From NCBI GenBank assembly GCA_964016885.1, contig OZ024743.1:192758001-192822000 (forward strand): a stretch of 64,000 nt of DNA, in the 5' to 3' direction. The stretch is from Eledone cirrhosa. Lineage: Eukaryota. Made by a program: the position numbers and the translations under genes. The stretch's first letter is position 1, and each line of letters starts with the position of its first letter. The notes below the pieces were generated by a model. That model saw only the letters and a program-made list of their open reading frames with translations, was not told where the DNA came from and ran no database searches. Below are positions 1-13,500 of the stretch, one piece after another.

Positions 1-441
1 CAAACCACCAACCTGGACAGCAGACTTTCATATGCAGCAGGACGAGGGGGAAATAGATCCTTGAGATCAGGGGTGTGTGTGGGTATGGTGTGGTGTGCGG
101 TGGCCGGAGGCTGGGGAGTGCTCGACCGGAAGAGTGCTTGACCGGAAGGGTGCTCGACCGGAAGGGCCAGCAGGTCTGCCTCTCTCTAGGGTGGTCAGCG
201 AACGTGGTGGACGTCAGTTTTGGAGCTCCCGGTTAACGAGTTGGATTGTACGCACGTGGGAGAGGAGAAACCAGCCATTGGATTAGCGGTGCCAGCAAAA
301 GCGGTAAGTGAAGTAGCTTTTTCTAACCACAAGATATACACTGTGTCTGAACAAAAGAACGCCTGTTTCCAATCAGGGTTGATCTAGGATACCACCACCA
401 CAACGACGATATTACCACTACACGAACAATAACAATCTTAA

Positions 442-893
442 CCCTTTTGTTATTATATTTCTAACAGTGCTTATGGTTTTTAAATCCTTTTGAAAATAAT
501 GAAGAATTTGAGGGATTTAGCTATATATCTAACCTTTCCATTATTAAGTTGGTGTTTGTAGCATAACTTAACAAAAGTTTTTACATAGAATTATGATAGG
601 CTTTTAAATATGAGGGTCGGCTGAAAAGTTCATAGGCTGACTATGAAGTAGTGATGCTAGAACTGTAAAATCCTGATTGCATTAATTCCAACTCTTCTTA
701 TTAATAACTGTATTATTTCTTTCCAGAGACTATGATGGAAAATAAACCTCATTTGGTCATTCCATGCGAGTATCTTGGTCAGTGTATGAACTTTTCAGTC
801 GACCCTCGTAGATATAAACATTTTGAAACAAACAGTTTTGTATAGTAGAACCAAGGGCGGTTTCAGGAAAATGTTTGGAATGAATCAAAAGGG
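442..893. mobile_element. piggyBac-like MITE (relative at ~8180-8388)
   Basis: TTAA|CCCTTTTG ... CAAAAGGG|TTAA. Confidence 0.65.
611..808. mobile_element. Tc1/mariner-type MITE nested in the piggyBac-like MITE
   Basis: ~31-bp TIR (T/C)GAGGGTCG(G/A)CTGAAAAGTTCATA; TA on both sides. Confidence 0.8.
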
Positions 894-1255
894 TTAAAGT
901 TAAATCAGACAGAGAAGGATTTTTTTTTTAATAGTGCATTCCAAACAAACTACCTACATAGCAGAATATTCCTTAACACGAAAAAACGATCAGAAATTCT
1001 ATAAACAGTTCTATAAATAGTAGCTGACGATGAATTTGGTGATGAGTAGCTTCGGCCAGCTTACATTCCACAGGATGGAAGCGTTAAATATAAACAAATG
1101 ACGTGAAGTAAACTTCGAGAGAGAAGGTGGGGAAATGCTACCAGACTACCAGGAATCAGTGACGTAGCTAGAGTGTGTGCCACCCGGGGCAGCCCTTCAG
1201 TTTGCCGCCCCTGGGCGCCTACAGAAAATACATATTGCTTTTAATATACGTGTAA

Positions 1256-1303
<48 letters not shown>

Positions 1304-1760
1304 TCCTGCTATATCAAGCGTTAACCTAATATATCCCTTCCATATACTGTACCGATTGTGTTGTTATTTCTGTTTCCCTTTTACATATGCTTAGCAGACA
1401 CGATTTTTAACTGCGGTAAGAACTTTTTCTTATATCAAAGTTTAATGGGCTTCCACTGAAGATTTATAAGTGCCCACCTAAATATATTCTTACATGAATA
1501 TATGTTAGGCTTCTACATAAACTGGAAACATTCTCCCAATTTGTAGAAAACTTATAATGAAACAATTGTTTGGAAAGAGAGATATATTTTAACTTTAATT
1601 ATATCTCATAAAATAATACAACTGGCTTTCCACAAAATACATATAGTTAGCACCCCAAACACTTAAATTGGGTTATACTAACATATAACCTAATGTTTGT
1701 TGAGTGAGATGGTTACCAGTCGGAGTTTAGCGTTAAGCTATCTCTGTTATTGTATTAAAT

Positions 1761-1791
<31 letters not shown>

Positions 1792-1813
1792 ATATATGTG
1801 TGTGTGTGTGTGT

Positions 1814-2050
1814 GTCCCGGGTTCAATCGGGAGTAACCATAGTAAGTAAGGTACTCAATACATAGCAGAGTATACATATTTAATATGGAAATGGCTTCTA
1901 CAGGACTAGAACTGTTTCATTCGAAGGAAATCATCAGGAAAGCCGACTGCTAATGTGTAAATACCACCATCACACATTGACAGTCTGCTTTCCTGATTTC
2001 CTTCGAATGAAACAGTTCTAGTCCTGTAGTAGCCATACTCTTAAAGTAAT
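1814..2050 (-). mobile_element. Fold-back PLE remnant, family B
   Basis: Tail GTCCCGGGTT...; arms ~1891-1957 and ~1973-2036; contains a hammerhead; homologous to 45536-45693. Confidence 0.75.
1893..1944 (-). ncRNA. Type I hammerhead ribozyme in fold-back PLE remnant
   Basis: Minus strand GGCTTTC-CTGATGA-TTTCCTTCGAAT-GAAA-CAG(TTCTAGTC)CTG-TA-GAAGCC; GUA triplet. Confidence 0.7.
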
Positions 2051-2572
2051 ATATATATATAATTGTTTCTACATTTGGCACAAAGCCGGCAACTTGAAAG
2101 GAAGGGGGGAAGTCGACCAAATCGACCCCAGTGCGTTACTGGTACTTTATTTTATCGACCCCATAAGGTTGGAATGTAAAGCTAACCTCGGCGGGATTTA
2201 AACTCAGAATGTAAAGGGCCATAACTAAATACTGCAAAGTATTTTGTCCGATGCACTACCGATTCTGCCATTCCATTATATATTAACTAGCCTGTGTACA
2301 ATTATAATAATCTGCTGCGGCATTAAAAGAACGCTTATAGCCTACAGCAGACCCAAAAGTGCCGCCCCCATAAAGGTGTCACCCGGGGAGGACCTCCCCG
2401 CTCGCTCCCTCTAACTACGCTACTGTCAGGAATGGCAAGTTTCGGGTTCAGTCCAATCTCACTGCATGACACCTTGGGCAAGTATTTTTATTGCTATAAA
2501 CTCGGTCAGGTTGACCGATGCCCTATGACTAAAATGTAATAGACAGAAACTGTGCAGGAGTTCAACGTCGTG

Positions 2573-2611
<39 letters not shown>

Positions 2612-4689
2612 ATGTATGTATGTATGTATGTATGTATGTATGTATGTGTATGTATGTAAATATGTGTGTGTACGTATGCATGAGTATGCGCATGTATGTA
2701 TGTATGTGTCTGTTTGTGTGGGTATGTATGTGTGTTATGTACGTGTGTGTTATGTACGTATGTGAGTGTGTGTGAGTATGTATATGAGTGTATATATGTG
2801 TGTATATATGTATTTGTGTGTATGTGTGTGTGTGTGCATATATGAGTATGTGTATCCGTCTCTATGTTTACTGTTTCTATCCTGTATCTATGCAGATACA
2901 AAGATCAATAAATAAAGTATCAGATTTGAAAAAGAAAGTACTGGTATTGATATGATCGACTAAATTCCTTGAAGGTGATGCCCTAGCATGGTCACAGCTT
3001 AATGACTGAAACTAGTATGAAAATATTGGAATACTAATTTCTCTAATCTACGAACTACAGACAACGATTGTTATAAGTGAAAACCGATCAGAATCTTATA
3101 ACATTGATATCGATTATGACCGAGGACAGATGGGTGGGTGGGTGGGTGGATGGGGGGGGGGGGGGAGATATCTTTTATTTATTATCGGCAAGGTGGGGAA
3201 ATGGCAGAGTCGTTAGAACGTCAGTCGTTAGAACTCTTTTTGGTTTAGAAACTTTTGGGGGCACCCCAAATTCTAATACAGTTATATGGTCGTAATATAA
3301 ATATACTCCGATACCTTTTTTTCAGGGAACCCCAGATACTTCATTGCAGAACCCATTTTGGGAACCACTGCTTTGTAGTATTCGATCCGGCTCTCTGCGC
3401 TCTGGGTCCATATCCCACCGACGTCCATTTTGCCTATCATCCGTTTGAGGTCGATTAAAATAAGTACCAGTCTAATACTCGGGGACGATTCTTTCTCTAT
3501 ATCTCTTTCTCACTTCTTCTCTATCACCCTCTCCCCTTCTTTAGAAGAAATAGGCTGTGTTCTAAACTGGAGAGAGAGGATGAGCTCCACCAGGTCTAAA
3601 ATGCCCCAAACACGCCGTATAGCACTAGGACTCTATCAGAAGTTACGGGTTCATATATGCATATTACAATCAAGTACATGACGACGATGATGGATCTTCC
3701 GTCGGTTTCGATGATGAGCATTTAATTGTTCGATCAACGAAACGTCCAGCTCGTAAATTAACGTGTACGTGGTTCAGTATTCCACAGACACGTGTATCCT
3801 TAACGTAATTCCAAAGCCGAATCAATGTGACAAGGCTGAAATTTTAAATTTATAGCGATACCAACTGAGGCCACTTTGCAGTTTTCGTCTAGGTAAGATA
3901 TAACGCTGGTCTAGCAAAGGTAATATTCCTAGTAATAATGGTTTCTACTTTTGGCACAAGGCCAGCAATTATCCCAGTGTATTACTGGTACTTTATTATA
4001 TCGACCCTGTAAGGATGAAAGGCAAAGTTAACCGTGGCAGGATTTGAACTCAGACCATAAAGGGTCGTAACTCTTTTGCTGCAAAGAATGGCGTCTGGCC
4101 CTCGACCGATACTGCTAATCCACCGCCAATCCTAGTAATAATGGTTTCCGATTTAGACCTAAAGCCAACAATTTTGGTGGAGGGGAAAGTCGATTAAATT
4201 GACCCAGTGTATTACTGGTACTTTATTTTATCGACCTCTTAAGGATGAAGAGTAAAGTTAATCACGGCAGGATTTGAACTCAGAACGTAAAGAGTCGTAA
4301 CTATATGCCGCAAAGCATGTTGTCCGATGCTCTACCGATAGTGCCATTGCACAGAAATAATGGTATTTCTCTTAGTTAGATAAACTTTAGTATGTCCAAG
4401 TAAGTATACTGGGTTGGGGCACGACGAATCGCTTCCAGTGAATTTCAGCTCGAAAAGTAGAAATTAATATTTCAATACAGGGTCTCAAGCTGGGCGATGT
4501 CGAGTGAGTGTGAGAGTGTGAGTGTATGAGTATGTGAGTGAGTGAATGTGTAAGTGAATTCGAGTACGAAGGTGAGATTAGGTTGGAGTAAGAGGTTAGT
4601 AATATGTTGTTTCAAGCAAAACACGCAGTTTAACTATGAATATTGTAATAAAGGAACTCCTGAAATAATGATATATATATCACCTTGAT

Positions 4690-4952
4690 CACCTTGACCG
4701 ACCAGTCTGTCGGGCGTCCATTCGGCGCCGCCGGTCACAGCACGTCGTGCTGTTTTAGCCATAAGATAACGCCATCCCACTGGCTGGGCGGGCAGGCCGG
4801 TACCTCCTCATCTCATTTCTACAGCTGAGTAAACTGGAGCAACGTGAAATAAAGTGTCTTGCTCAAAGAAACAACACGTCACCCGGTCCGAGAATTGAAC
4901 TCACAACCTTTCGATTGCAAGCCCAATGCTCTAACCACTAAGACATGCGCCT
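4690..4952 (-). mobile_element. tRNA-derived SINE family 2 (other copies ~5505, 19703, 22233, 46800, 48620, 48775, 54935, 60515)
   Basis: A box TGGCTTAGTGG-like, B box GAGTTCAATTC, followed by TTGAGCAAGACACTTTATTTCACGTTGCTCCAG (CORE-like). Confidence 0.8.
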
Positions 4953-4977
4953 TCACAATGATATATACATACATACA

Positions 4978-5013
<36 letters not shown>

Positions 5014-5016
5014 TAT

Positions 5017-5210
5017 AACGGAGGAAGTGTGGTAAGGAACCAGATGGACCATAACGCACCAGAGTACTCAATACTTAGGGTAGTAGAGTGGGTAATAGGA
5101 GAAAGTATGACCCCGACGGCAGAGCTCAAGCCGTTTCGACGGCTATTTAGTCCAGAAATAGCCGTCGAAACGGCTTGAGCTCTGCCGTCGGGGGTCATAC
5201 TTTCTCCTAT
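5017..5210 (-). mobile_element. Mini fold-back PLE insertion (family of the 50.9-53.9 kb element)
   Basis: Tail 5017-5094 plus ~54-bp inverted arms 5095-5148 and 5156-5210, loop AGTCCAG; (TA)n flanks; homologous to ~53744-53883. Confidence 0.9.
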
Positions 5211-7045
5211 ATATATATATATATATATATAGATAGATAGATACATGAGTAGAAACCCATGGGTCTGGGGCAATTATCTGTGCAGCCTGCTCCATTACTA
5301 TGTTAGCACTCTGAGAAAATGTCTTATTGAGTGAGTATATGAGAGCAACTGCACGATAATATATATATATATATACAATCGACAATATTCTAGACCTCAT
5401 TCGCTTACAGAGTGAGGTGATACTCGTCAGATCGGACCAGGAAAACTATGATTCCAGTAGTATTTCCATTGCTAATACTATCTGCCGGTTGCAACTCCTC
5501 GTAGAAGGAACAACGTGAAATAAAGCATCTTACTCAAGAATATAACACATCACCCGGCCCAGGAATTGAACTCACATTCTCACAATTGTAAATCCAACTC
5601 TCTTACCACAAAGCCACAAGCCTTTATGAGAAATATTGATAATCACATGAAAATATTTTAATGTTTTGTAAATAATAGTATAATTGTTTTGTTTTGTTTT
5701 TTGTTGTGAGGATTCAATGGAATACCCAAGAGAAGTTGATTGAACTTTGGAGCCAAAACCCTGACATTTGTATAAGAAAGGAAAATATGTAAAATAATTG
5801 TTTCTACTTTTGGCATAAGGCCAGCAATTACCCAGTGCATTACTGGTACTTTATTTTATCGACCCCGTAAGGATGAAAGGCAAAGTTAACCTCGGCGAGA
5901 TTTGAACTCAGACCATAAAGGGACGTAACTCTTTGCTGCAAAGCATGGCGTCCGACCCACTACCAATACTGCCAATCCACCTCAGAATAATAATTGTTTC
6001 TACTTTAGGCACAAGGCCAGCAAATACCCAGTGCATTACTGGTACTTTATTTTATCGACCCCGTAAGGATGAAAGGCAAAGTCAACCTCGGCGGGACTTG
6101 AAGAATAATAATACCAGTTAAATTACTAAATCCCTCTAAATTCTTTGAAAATTCATAGACAGTGAATTTCTTTAGAAATATGGTAATGAAAGGTTTAATA
6201 CATTATTCCCACGGCCATCATACTTCTGTTAGGTTTGCGGTATGTCAGGTGTTGTTTGTGTTTGTGTGTTGTTGTTTGATAGTAATCTCTAACCTCTGGT
6301 GTAAGAGTTCACTCAGCCGACCTGACATATGCTAGTAAAATGATGCTGTAATGTTCTAAGTTTTTTCATTTAGATGACTCGGCGTGTGTTGAAATGCCAA
6401 ACATAGCTATGAGCAATCAACCTGCCACAGAAGAATTTGCCTCTTTCTAAAGCTTTCGTTTAAAAAAAGAAAATACAAAGGGAAGGAAAAAAAGGAGTGG
6501 GAAGGAAATGGCGATGGGACAAACTCCACACACATGGCTAAATGATATATCATGCTGACAAGATAGTGAAAGCATTGCCGTAGAGAACAGCGAGCGATAC
6601 TCGCTGCATGAACCATTCCGTCTCGTGGAGCTTCTTTGAGCGTGGTGCCCTCTTTCCGATTTGGTAGAGGAAACCGGCTGTCCGAGAATCGAAGACACAG
6701 GAGATCTCAATGGCAACCGACAAAAAAATGAAAGCTTAATACCCAACAACAATATTAATAATTTCAAGCTTTGGTACAAGGCCTCATATTTCGAGGGTGG
6801 AAAACATTCGATCTCATCAACGCATGACATGACTGGATGATGTAATAAACTGAAGATGTATTCGTGATACCGTCTGGTTTCTTTTTTTTTTTATATATAT
6901 AACATTGACACTCCGTCTGGTACCCACGACGTGGAATGCTTATTTCTGATTACGCAATAATCGGTCGATTGCTTGATCAACCAACACTGAATACTTGTAA
7001 TATTAATAATAATAATAATTATTATTATTATTATTATTATTATTG

Positions 7046-7105
<60 letters not shown>

Positions 7106-7333
7106 CGGTGTCATCCAGTTCCACACAGAAAATGTGGTTGGTTATAGGAAGGACATCCAGCTGTAAAATCCCCGGCCAAATTTCAGTCCTCGCTGGAGCA
7201 AGGTACGGCAGGATTTGTCTCCCGACGTGGACAACCCGTCTGACCCATGCAAGCATGGAAAGAAAAATGGAAGCTAAATGGTGATGATGATGATACATAA
7301 GCATAGAAAAACGGACGTAAACGGCGGTATTGA

Positions 7334-7413
<80 letters not shown>

Positions 7414-7415
<2 letters not shown>

Positions 7416-7602
7416 CGATGGAAATGTGGTAAGGAACCAGGTGGACCATAACGCACCAAAGTACTCAATACTTAGGGTAGTAGAGTGGGTAATAGGAACG
7501 AGTAGGACCCCGACGGCTGAGCTCCAGCCGTTTCGACGGCTAATTCAGTCCAGAATTAGCCGTCGAAACGGCTTGAGCTCAGCCGTCGGGGTCCTACTCG
7601 TT

Positions 7603-7607
<5 letters not shown>
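7414..7607 (-). mobile_element. Mini fold-back PLE insertion, same family
   Basis: Tail plus 54-bp arms 7492-7545 and 7554-7607 (1 mismatch), loop CAGTCCAG; long (TA)n on both sides. Confidence 0.9.
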
Positions 7608-7662
<55 letters not shown>

Positions 7663-7711
7663 GAAATACGTCTTCAAAAATATGTCTAAATTACAAAACA
7701 AATAAACTTAC

Positions 7712-7860
7712 TTTTTGATAGTCAATTGCAAGTTATTTCCGCTTGCTCTTATAAGGTCTTGACTTTCGACATGAGACAGATTAGAAGCATTGGCAGTTCC
7801 AATCTTAAGAATCACATCTCCGGCATCTAGACGTGATGCGGCAATACTTCCCGATGTCAC
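7712..7860 (-). CDS. Internal coding exon: C-terminal half of a PDZ domain, PDZ-LIM (Zasp/ALP/Enigma)-like host gene
   Basis: Minus strand: tgtgtccag acceptor (7863-7861), then VTSGSIAASRLDAGDVILKIGTANASNLSHVESQDLIRASGNNLQLTIK plus AA, then gtaagt donor (7711-7706). The GD.I..I and H...Q..I....L.L.I pattern is PDZ-like. The phase 0/phase 2 boundaries resemble the second PDZ exon of PDLIM-family genes. Confidence 0.85.
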
Positions 7861-8837
7861 CTGGACACAAACATAAAGCAAAAAAAACATTTTATTTATT
7901 GAATTTACATAGGTTGTTGAGTAGGAACACGTTCATTAAGGTTTTATAAACATGTACATACAATTGCAAAAAACACACATAATATACATGTATGAATTAC
8001 ACACACGTGTTGGATCTCCGTCGGTTATATACTCACAAGGTTTTGGTTACCAACACAAAGCAATAGAAGACACGTGTCTACGGTGCATGGACCCATAAAC
8101 ATATTGTATATATAAACACGTATGTGACTCCATATTCATTTTTATTCTGAATCACACTGTGTTAGTATTATCGCTCTTTAACCCTTCCATATTTCTTCCG
8201 AAGAATTATAAATGATTTAATAAAATGTCTTATTCATTATTATTAAGTATCAGAAACATGGCTTAGCAAAATGTTCTTATATAAAATTGTGATAGAAAAT
8301 TTTAATGTAAGCATGAACATTTAAAAAAGATGAGATATGTATCTTAGGAACAGGAAAGGTTTCAGGCGCGTTAGTATCAAAAGGGTAAACACTATTGCTA
8401 TTTAATAAGGATGGTGAACACGTTATTACATTAGTTGAAAATCAGTTTTGAGGGTTAGTTAGTCATCGAGATCAGTAGCCAAACGTCAATTCGCAGATTT
8501 ATCCTCAAGGATTTTAACTAAAGGTCAGTTCAAATGTCAAACTGGGGTATAATGGCAGAAGGTCAAACTGACTGCTAACTTATGAATCAATCCAAACGTT
8601 TTTTTTTTAAGTTCATTTAACCCTCTTAATACTAAACTGGCTTAAACCTCCTTCTGGTCCTATGATGCACAGCAACCCCGCAGAATTATTTCCTGCTCTT
8701 TATGTTGTTCTGCGTTCAATTTTTGACTAAGATGACTAAGTTTATTTAGTAAATCACAGAGAGAGAGAGAGAATTGAACTCAGAATAATATAACGAGCTG
8801 AAAATAATACCGTGTGGCATTATACATATATGCATTA

Positions 8838-9028
8838 GGGCAGTGGATTGGCAGTATCGGTAGAGGGTCGGACGCCATGCTTTCCAGCATAGTTACGTCC
8901 CTTTACGATCTGAGTTCAAATCCCGCCGAGGTTGACTTTGCCTTTCATCCTTACGGGGTTGATAAAATAAAGTACCAGTAATGCACTGGGTAATTTGCTG
9001 GCCTTGTGCCTAAAGTAGAAACAATTAT
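8838..9028 (+). mobile_element. tRNA-derived SINE family 1, representative of more than 25 copies (e.g. 2061, 3933, 4136, 5793, 12993, 13195, 21648, 24561, 24750, 28036, 28820, 39436, 39648, 46178, 46381, 49205, 50476, 53988, 61335)
   Basis: A-box-like TGGCAGTATCGG, B-box GAGTTCAAATCC, body GCCTTTCATCCTTACGGGGTCGATAAAATAAAGTACC, ATT tail. 16-bp TSD ATTATACATATATGCA at this copy. Confidence 0.9.
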
Positions 9029-9037
9029 ACATATATG

Positions 9038-9125
9038 CAGGGTGTCCCCAAAAAATGCATACACACTTTTATTAGAATGCAGTTTAAGTGTGTATACATT
9101 GTGAGGGGGGGGGGGGGATACTCTG
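9038..9125. mobile_element. Short Tc1-like MITE; partial copy at ~28586-28646
   Basis: CAGGGTGTCCCCAAAA terminus; the complementary TTTTGGGGACACC is seen in the second copy. Confidence 0.55.
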
Positions 9126-10429
9126 ATATATCAGCATCATTTAACGTCCATTTTTCCACGCCTACATGGGTTAAACAGGTTGTCAGGTTATGAGACAAGT
9201 TGGTCTGGAGACCAACATTGTCATACGGATCTGTATTTTGGCTTGGTTGGTTTCTACGGCCGGATTCCCTTCCTTACACCAACCCCCTTGCCGTGTCACC
9301 AGCATGACCCCCTTACAGTATGAACTGAACACTTTTTGCGTGTCACCAGCACGACCACCGCACAGTATGGACTGGGTGCTTTTTCTCCCCTCTCTCTCTC
9401 TCTCTCTCTCTCCTCTCTCTCACACACACACACACACACACGCTTCCGTGTTCCAAATTTCACTCAAAAAGTATTTATCTAACCCAGGTTGTATTCAAAG
9501 ACACACAAGTCTATTTTTATTTTTATTTTTTAAACAAACCTAGAGTTTGCATATCAGGGTGTTTGTTCTCATAAGTTGAGCAGTCCCTCTTCTCGTATTA
9601 ATAAGACGACACATATCAAACAAATTAAGGCCGTACGCTACTATGACGTAAAACTTCAATGTAATTCAAATGCCGTACACACACAAACACACCAGAAGCT
9701 AAATGTGTTGACATGACCTCTTCAAATAGGCTGTGAGGAGTCTTTACTGTGCCACGTGTTTATAACAATCCTTTCACCAACTAGTTTGCTTCTTTGGGAT
9801 TACCACATTTGGACTGTTGTTTTGGAATAGATAGACATACCCTCTTTTTCACAATGTAATTAGATGGAGAATTACGTCTTATATGGCGCTTAATCTAATG
9901 AGAGTACGATTAAAGTATATTCATTAGAAACCAGAAAAAATGTTACAGAGAAAAAAAATGTGTGTATGTGTGCCTGTGTCCGAGTTTACGCCCATTCATA
10001 TCCCGTAATTTAGCGGTTTGACAAAAAAGAGATCAATACAATAAGTACCAAAATTAAAAAAAAAAAGAGTACTGGGCTCCTTCAAGGCAGTGCCGCAGCA
10101 GGCTGCAGTCAAAAGACAAAAACCAACCAGTAAATGGGAAAAAAAAATGAAACTAATGTGAGATATGAGAAGGTAATGTGAGCAGCTTTCCCCAACTGAC
10201 TACATAATTGGGGGATTCTTCTTCTTGATACAACAGTCTACTGTTGGAAATATCCCTCTTTAAGCCCCTTCAGTTCCTTCCAGTATGGTTAGAAGATTAA
10301 AGCAGGTTTTTCTTTTTGTGAAAGGAGGTGGGCGTACAACTGACATTGATTGATAGTTTCCTTTTTGTGCTAGTGGCCATAGAGACCCCCCCCCCCCCTC
10401 TGTCCTCAGTTCGTCCCTAGACTGCCATT

Positions 10430-10560
10430 ATTCTCCGCCAAATTGGGAAATGGGCATCACGTTGAAGAAGGAACCTCGCGAGGTGGAATGGCCGATGCAG
10501 CGGGTATCGTTGGCTGTTTTTCGTGGAAATGCTTTTGCCATCTTATCTTTGAGGTATAAA
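10430..10560 (+). mobile_element. Remnant of a restriction-like-endonuclease LINE (CRE-type) C-terminus
   Basis: QRVSLAVFRGNAFAIL resembles the QR.S.A.QRGNA..I terminus of CRE-clade elements. Confidence 0.55.
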
Positions 10561-13500
10561 ATTTGCACACCCCGCCCTGCCTATGTTTTCTTTCTTTCCC
10601 CTTTTTTCTTCCCCCACCTCCTATTTTCCTGTTTTTAAATATGAAATTGAATATGAAATTTTGAATCTCAATAAACATTTATTGAATCTAGAACTGACCA
10701 GTTAAGGCTGCCATGTTAACTTGACGCTGACTGGGCGCCCTGTCAGTCGGATAATTTTGTCAACTTGTCTTATTTTAGAAGGTTGTCTTCTCAGCCCATT
10801 GATAACTTCTTCCAAGTCCTGAAAGGTACTAGTTGTTGGCTTTTGGCTCGTCCACCAATGGAAGGTGTTTGTGTATCAACCATTAGCAAATTACATACGC
10901 ATCTTTATGATATACTACTGGATAATTGCTGCCTAATCTGTGACATTATGCTGTGCCAATGTTATTTAGTAATGCACTTTACAAAATAGCCCCGATACTA
11001 CAGGCATGTGGTTAGAATGTCTCTGGAAAGAATCACTGGATAGATTTTACGGGCAAAACCAATCGGCGGGAGACCTATGAGTAGCCGCCGAGCAAGATGG
11101 TTGAATAACATTAATGAGCTCAGCTGGTCTCACCTGGGGATTCAGCCGGATCAGTTGGAGAAGGTTGCTTCTGACAGGACCCACTGGAAGGAGTGTTTGA
11201 GAACTCTGCTCCCACGAAGCTATTATTTTATATCAATCGACTGCTGTTACAGTTAATTTTTGCGTTTGGGATTCCTACACTTTCTAAAATAAATAGATAG
11301 ACCTACATACATACGCGCACACATATGCATGTATGTATGAACGTAAGTACGTACGTACTTATGTAACTAAAAATAGCTAACACCTTATTTATTCAATAGT
11401 TATTACTCCAAACACAAAACTTAAAGATGAACCTTGTTAGTTACAAGAATATGAAATTAAACATATTTTCTATTTTTAATTTTCTTCTTATAAAAATAAA
11501 AACATATTTAATACTTGAACTTTCATGATTCCTTAACAGGTAAACCAGTTTGCAGAAACAGAGCTGTTTAATATCATTTGCATGACGTAGATAATTTAGA
11601 AGTTGAAAGAAAATACACACACCCACACGTATTTGTTATAAAAGAATGCCCAATAATATTAAATAATGAAGTCACTTAGGTTCATTTGACGACGAGAAAG
11701 CAAAAACAAAGTGGCTGTCCTTCCCCCTCTGCCTTTCTTTCACAGCTTGATCCTTCTTTCTTTTTCTCCTTTTCATTTTCTTTGTTCTTCTTCATTTTCT
11801 GTTCCATTTAGTAGTGTGTTATGTTTTTATTAGATACTGCTCAATTATTTTTATATAATGTCAATAGCATTTAATGACATTGAGATATGTTCCATATTGA
11901 TTAAATTGTATCGTCATTTATAGAAAAAAAAAGCAAAAACAAAAACACAAACTAAAACAAAAAGCAGTGGGGGGGTAGCAGCTGTTTGCTGGTTTGTCAT
12001 TAGATAGTGGTCATGCTGGGCTCCCGTATTTATTGAGTCGATCATTTCGACCTCAATATTTGTTTTTCAAAAAGTCTATTACTTATTTTATTGATCCAGT
12101 TTTTGTCGAACCGCTAAGTTACGTGACATAGATACAGCTCACACGTCAACACACAGACAGACACACACATACTTCTAAAGATTTCCGCCTACAAGATTTC
12201 AGATACAAGGTGTTAAACTAACATTTTTATTCAGTCTGACTTATACTCCCCTAAATTGAGATTTTGGCATAAGTTGTATATATCGACAAGATCCCAGACC
12301 TCATTCGCTTAACGTAATCGGACCGAGGAAACAATGTTACCATTCGTCTTTCAAATACTATCTGTCGCAAATCCAGGCAGAACACACACACACACACACA
12401 CACATACATACACACACACTATCAAAATTCGTTTTAGAAAATGTAGTAATCCGAGGCATCACTTTTTCCCATCCATAGGTGTATTTTACCCGGTTAGTGG
12501 TTCGACAAAAACTGGGCCAATAAAGTATACAGACCACTGTCAACACAAATCTATAGTTGAAAACACATGTCCAAGCTGTTACACAGCAGAACTGAACTCA
12601 GAACCTCGTGGTTACGAACTGAACTTCTTAAACACATAGCCATGCCTGCGCCAGTCTATTTATCATTTATTTATTGTCTTAATTCGTTTACAGTTATAGT
12701 TTGTATTAGAAAGTTTTTAAGAACGAAAGAAAACACAGCACGTTCAAACGTTTACAATACGAAACAAACAGTTCGATGTATGACAAGTGTAGAAAGTAGA
12801 AGTAAATCTTGATAAATAATATTCAGATAACTGGCAACAGTTTAGTTGATAAAGACTAACTAGTGTCCGGTGATCACGAAACAATTGTGTAATCTGAATA
12901 AAGTCGACCGAGAATAAATTAATCTTATAATAAATATTCTTAGCAATCATTTTCAATGGCTATAGTCTTTTTCATGGGAAACAGATGAGCTTAATAATTG
13001 TTTCTACTCATGGCACAAGGCCAGCAATTATCCTAGTGCAATACTGATGCTTTATTTTATCGATCTCGTAAGGATGAAAGGCAAAACTAACCTCGGCGGG
13101 ATTTGAACCCAGAACGTAAAGGGACATAACTCTGTACTCAGAGCATGGTGTCTGACGCTCTACCGATACTGCCAATGCACCGCCCTTGAGTTTAATAATG
13201 GTTTAGACACAAGGCCAGCAATTTTGGGGAGAGGGAAAGTCGATTAAATCGACCCGTGTGTGGTGTTACTGCTGTTTTATTTTATAGAACCTGTAAGGAT
13301 GAAAGGCAAAGGTAACTTCGGAGGGATTTGAACTCAGAACATAAAGAGACGTAACTACAGTATATGCCGCAAAGCATGTTGTCCGACGCTCTACCGATAC
13401 TACCAATCCTCTGCCCGAGATAAGTTTAATAATTGTTTCTACTTTAGGCACAAGGCCAGCAATTACCCAGTGCATTACTGGTACTTTATTTTATCAACCC

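Larger units (their letters stand above)
1157..2425. mobile_element. Non-autonomous hAT-like DNA transposon with nested insertions
   Basis: TIRs CAGTGACGTAGCTAGAG / CTCTAACTACGCTACTG; 8-bp TSD CCAGGAAT (1149-1156) / TCAGGAAT (2426-2433). Confidence 0.75.

Noticed and set aside
118-165. 16-bp x3 tandem repeat (similar small duplications at ~16525-16655 and ~33905-33970)
   Set aside because: Ordinary local duplications with no associated feature.
8838-9028. tRNA genes
   Set aside because: A/B boxes belong to SINE heads; no cloverleaf could be folded.
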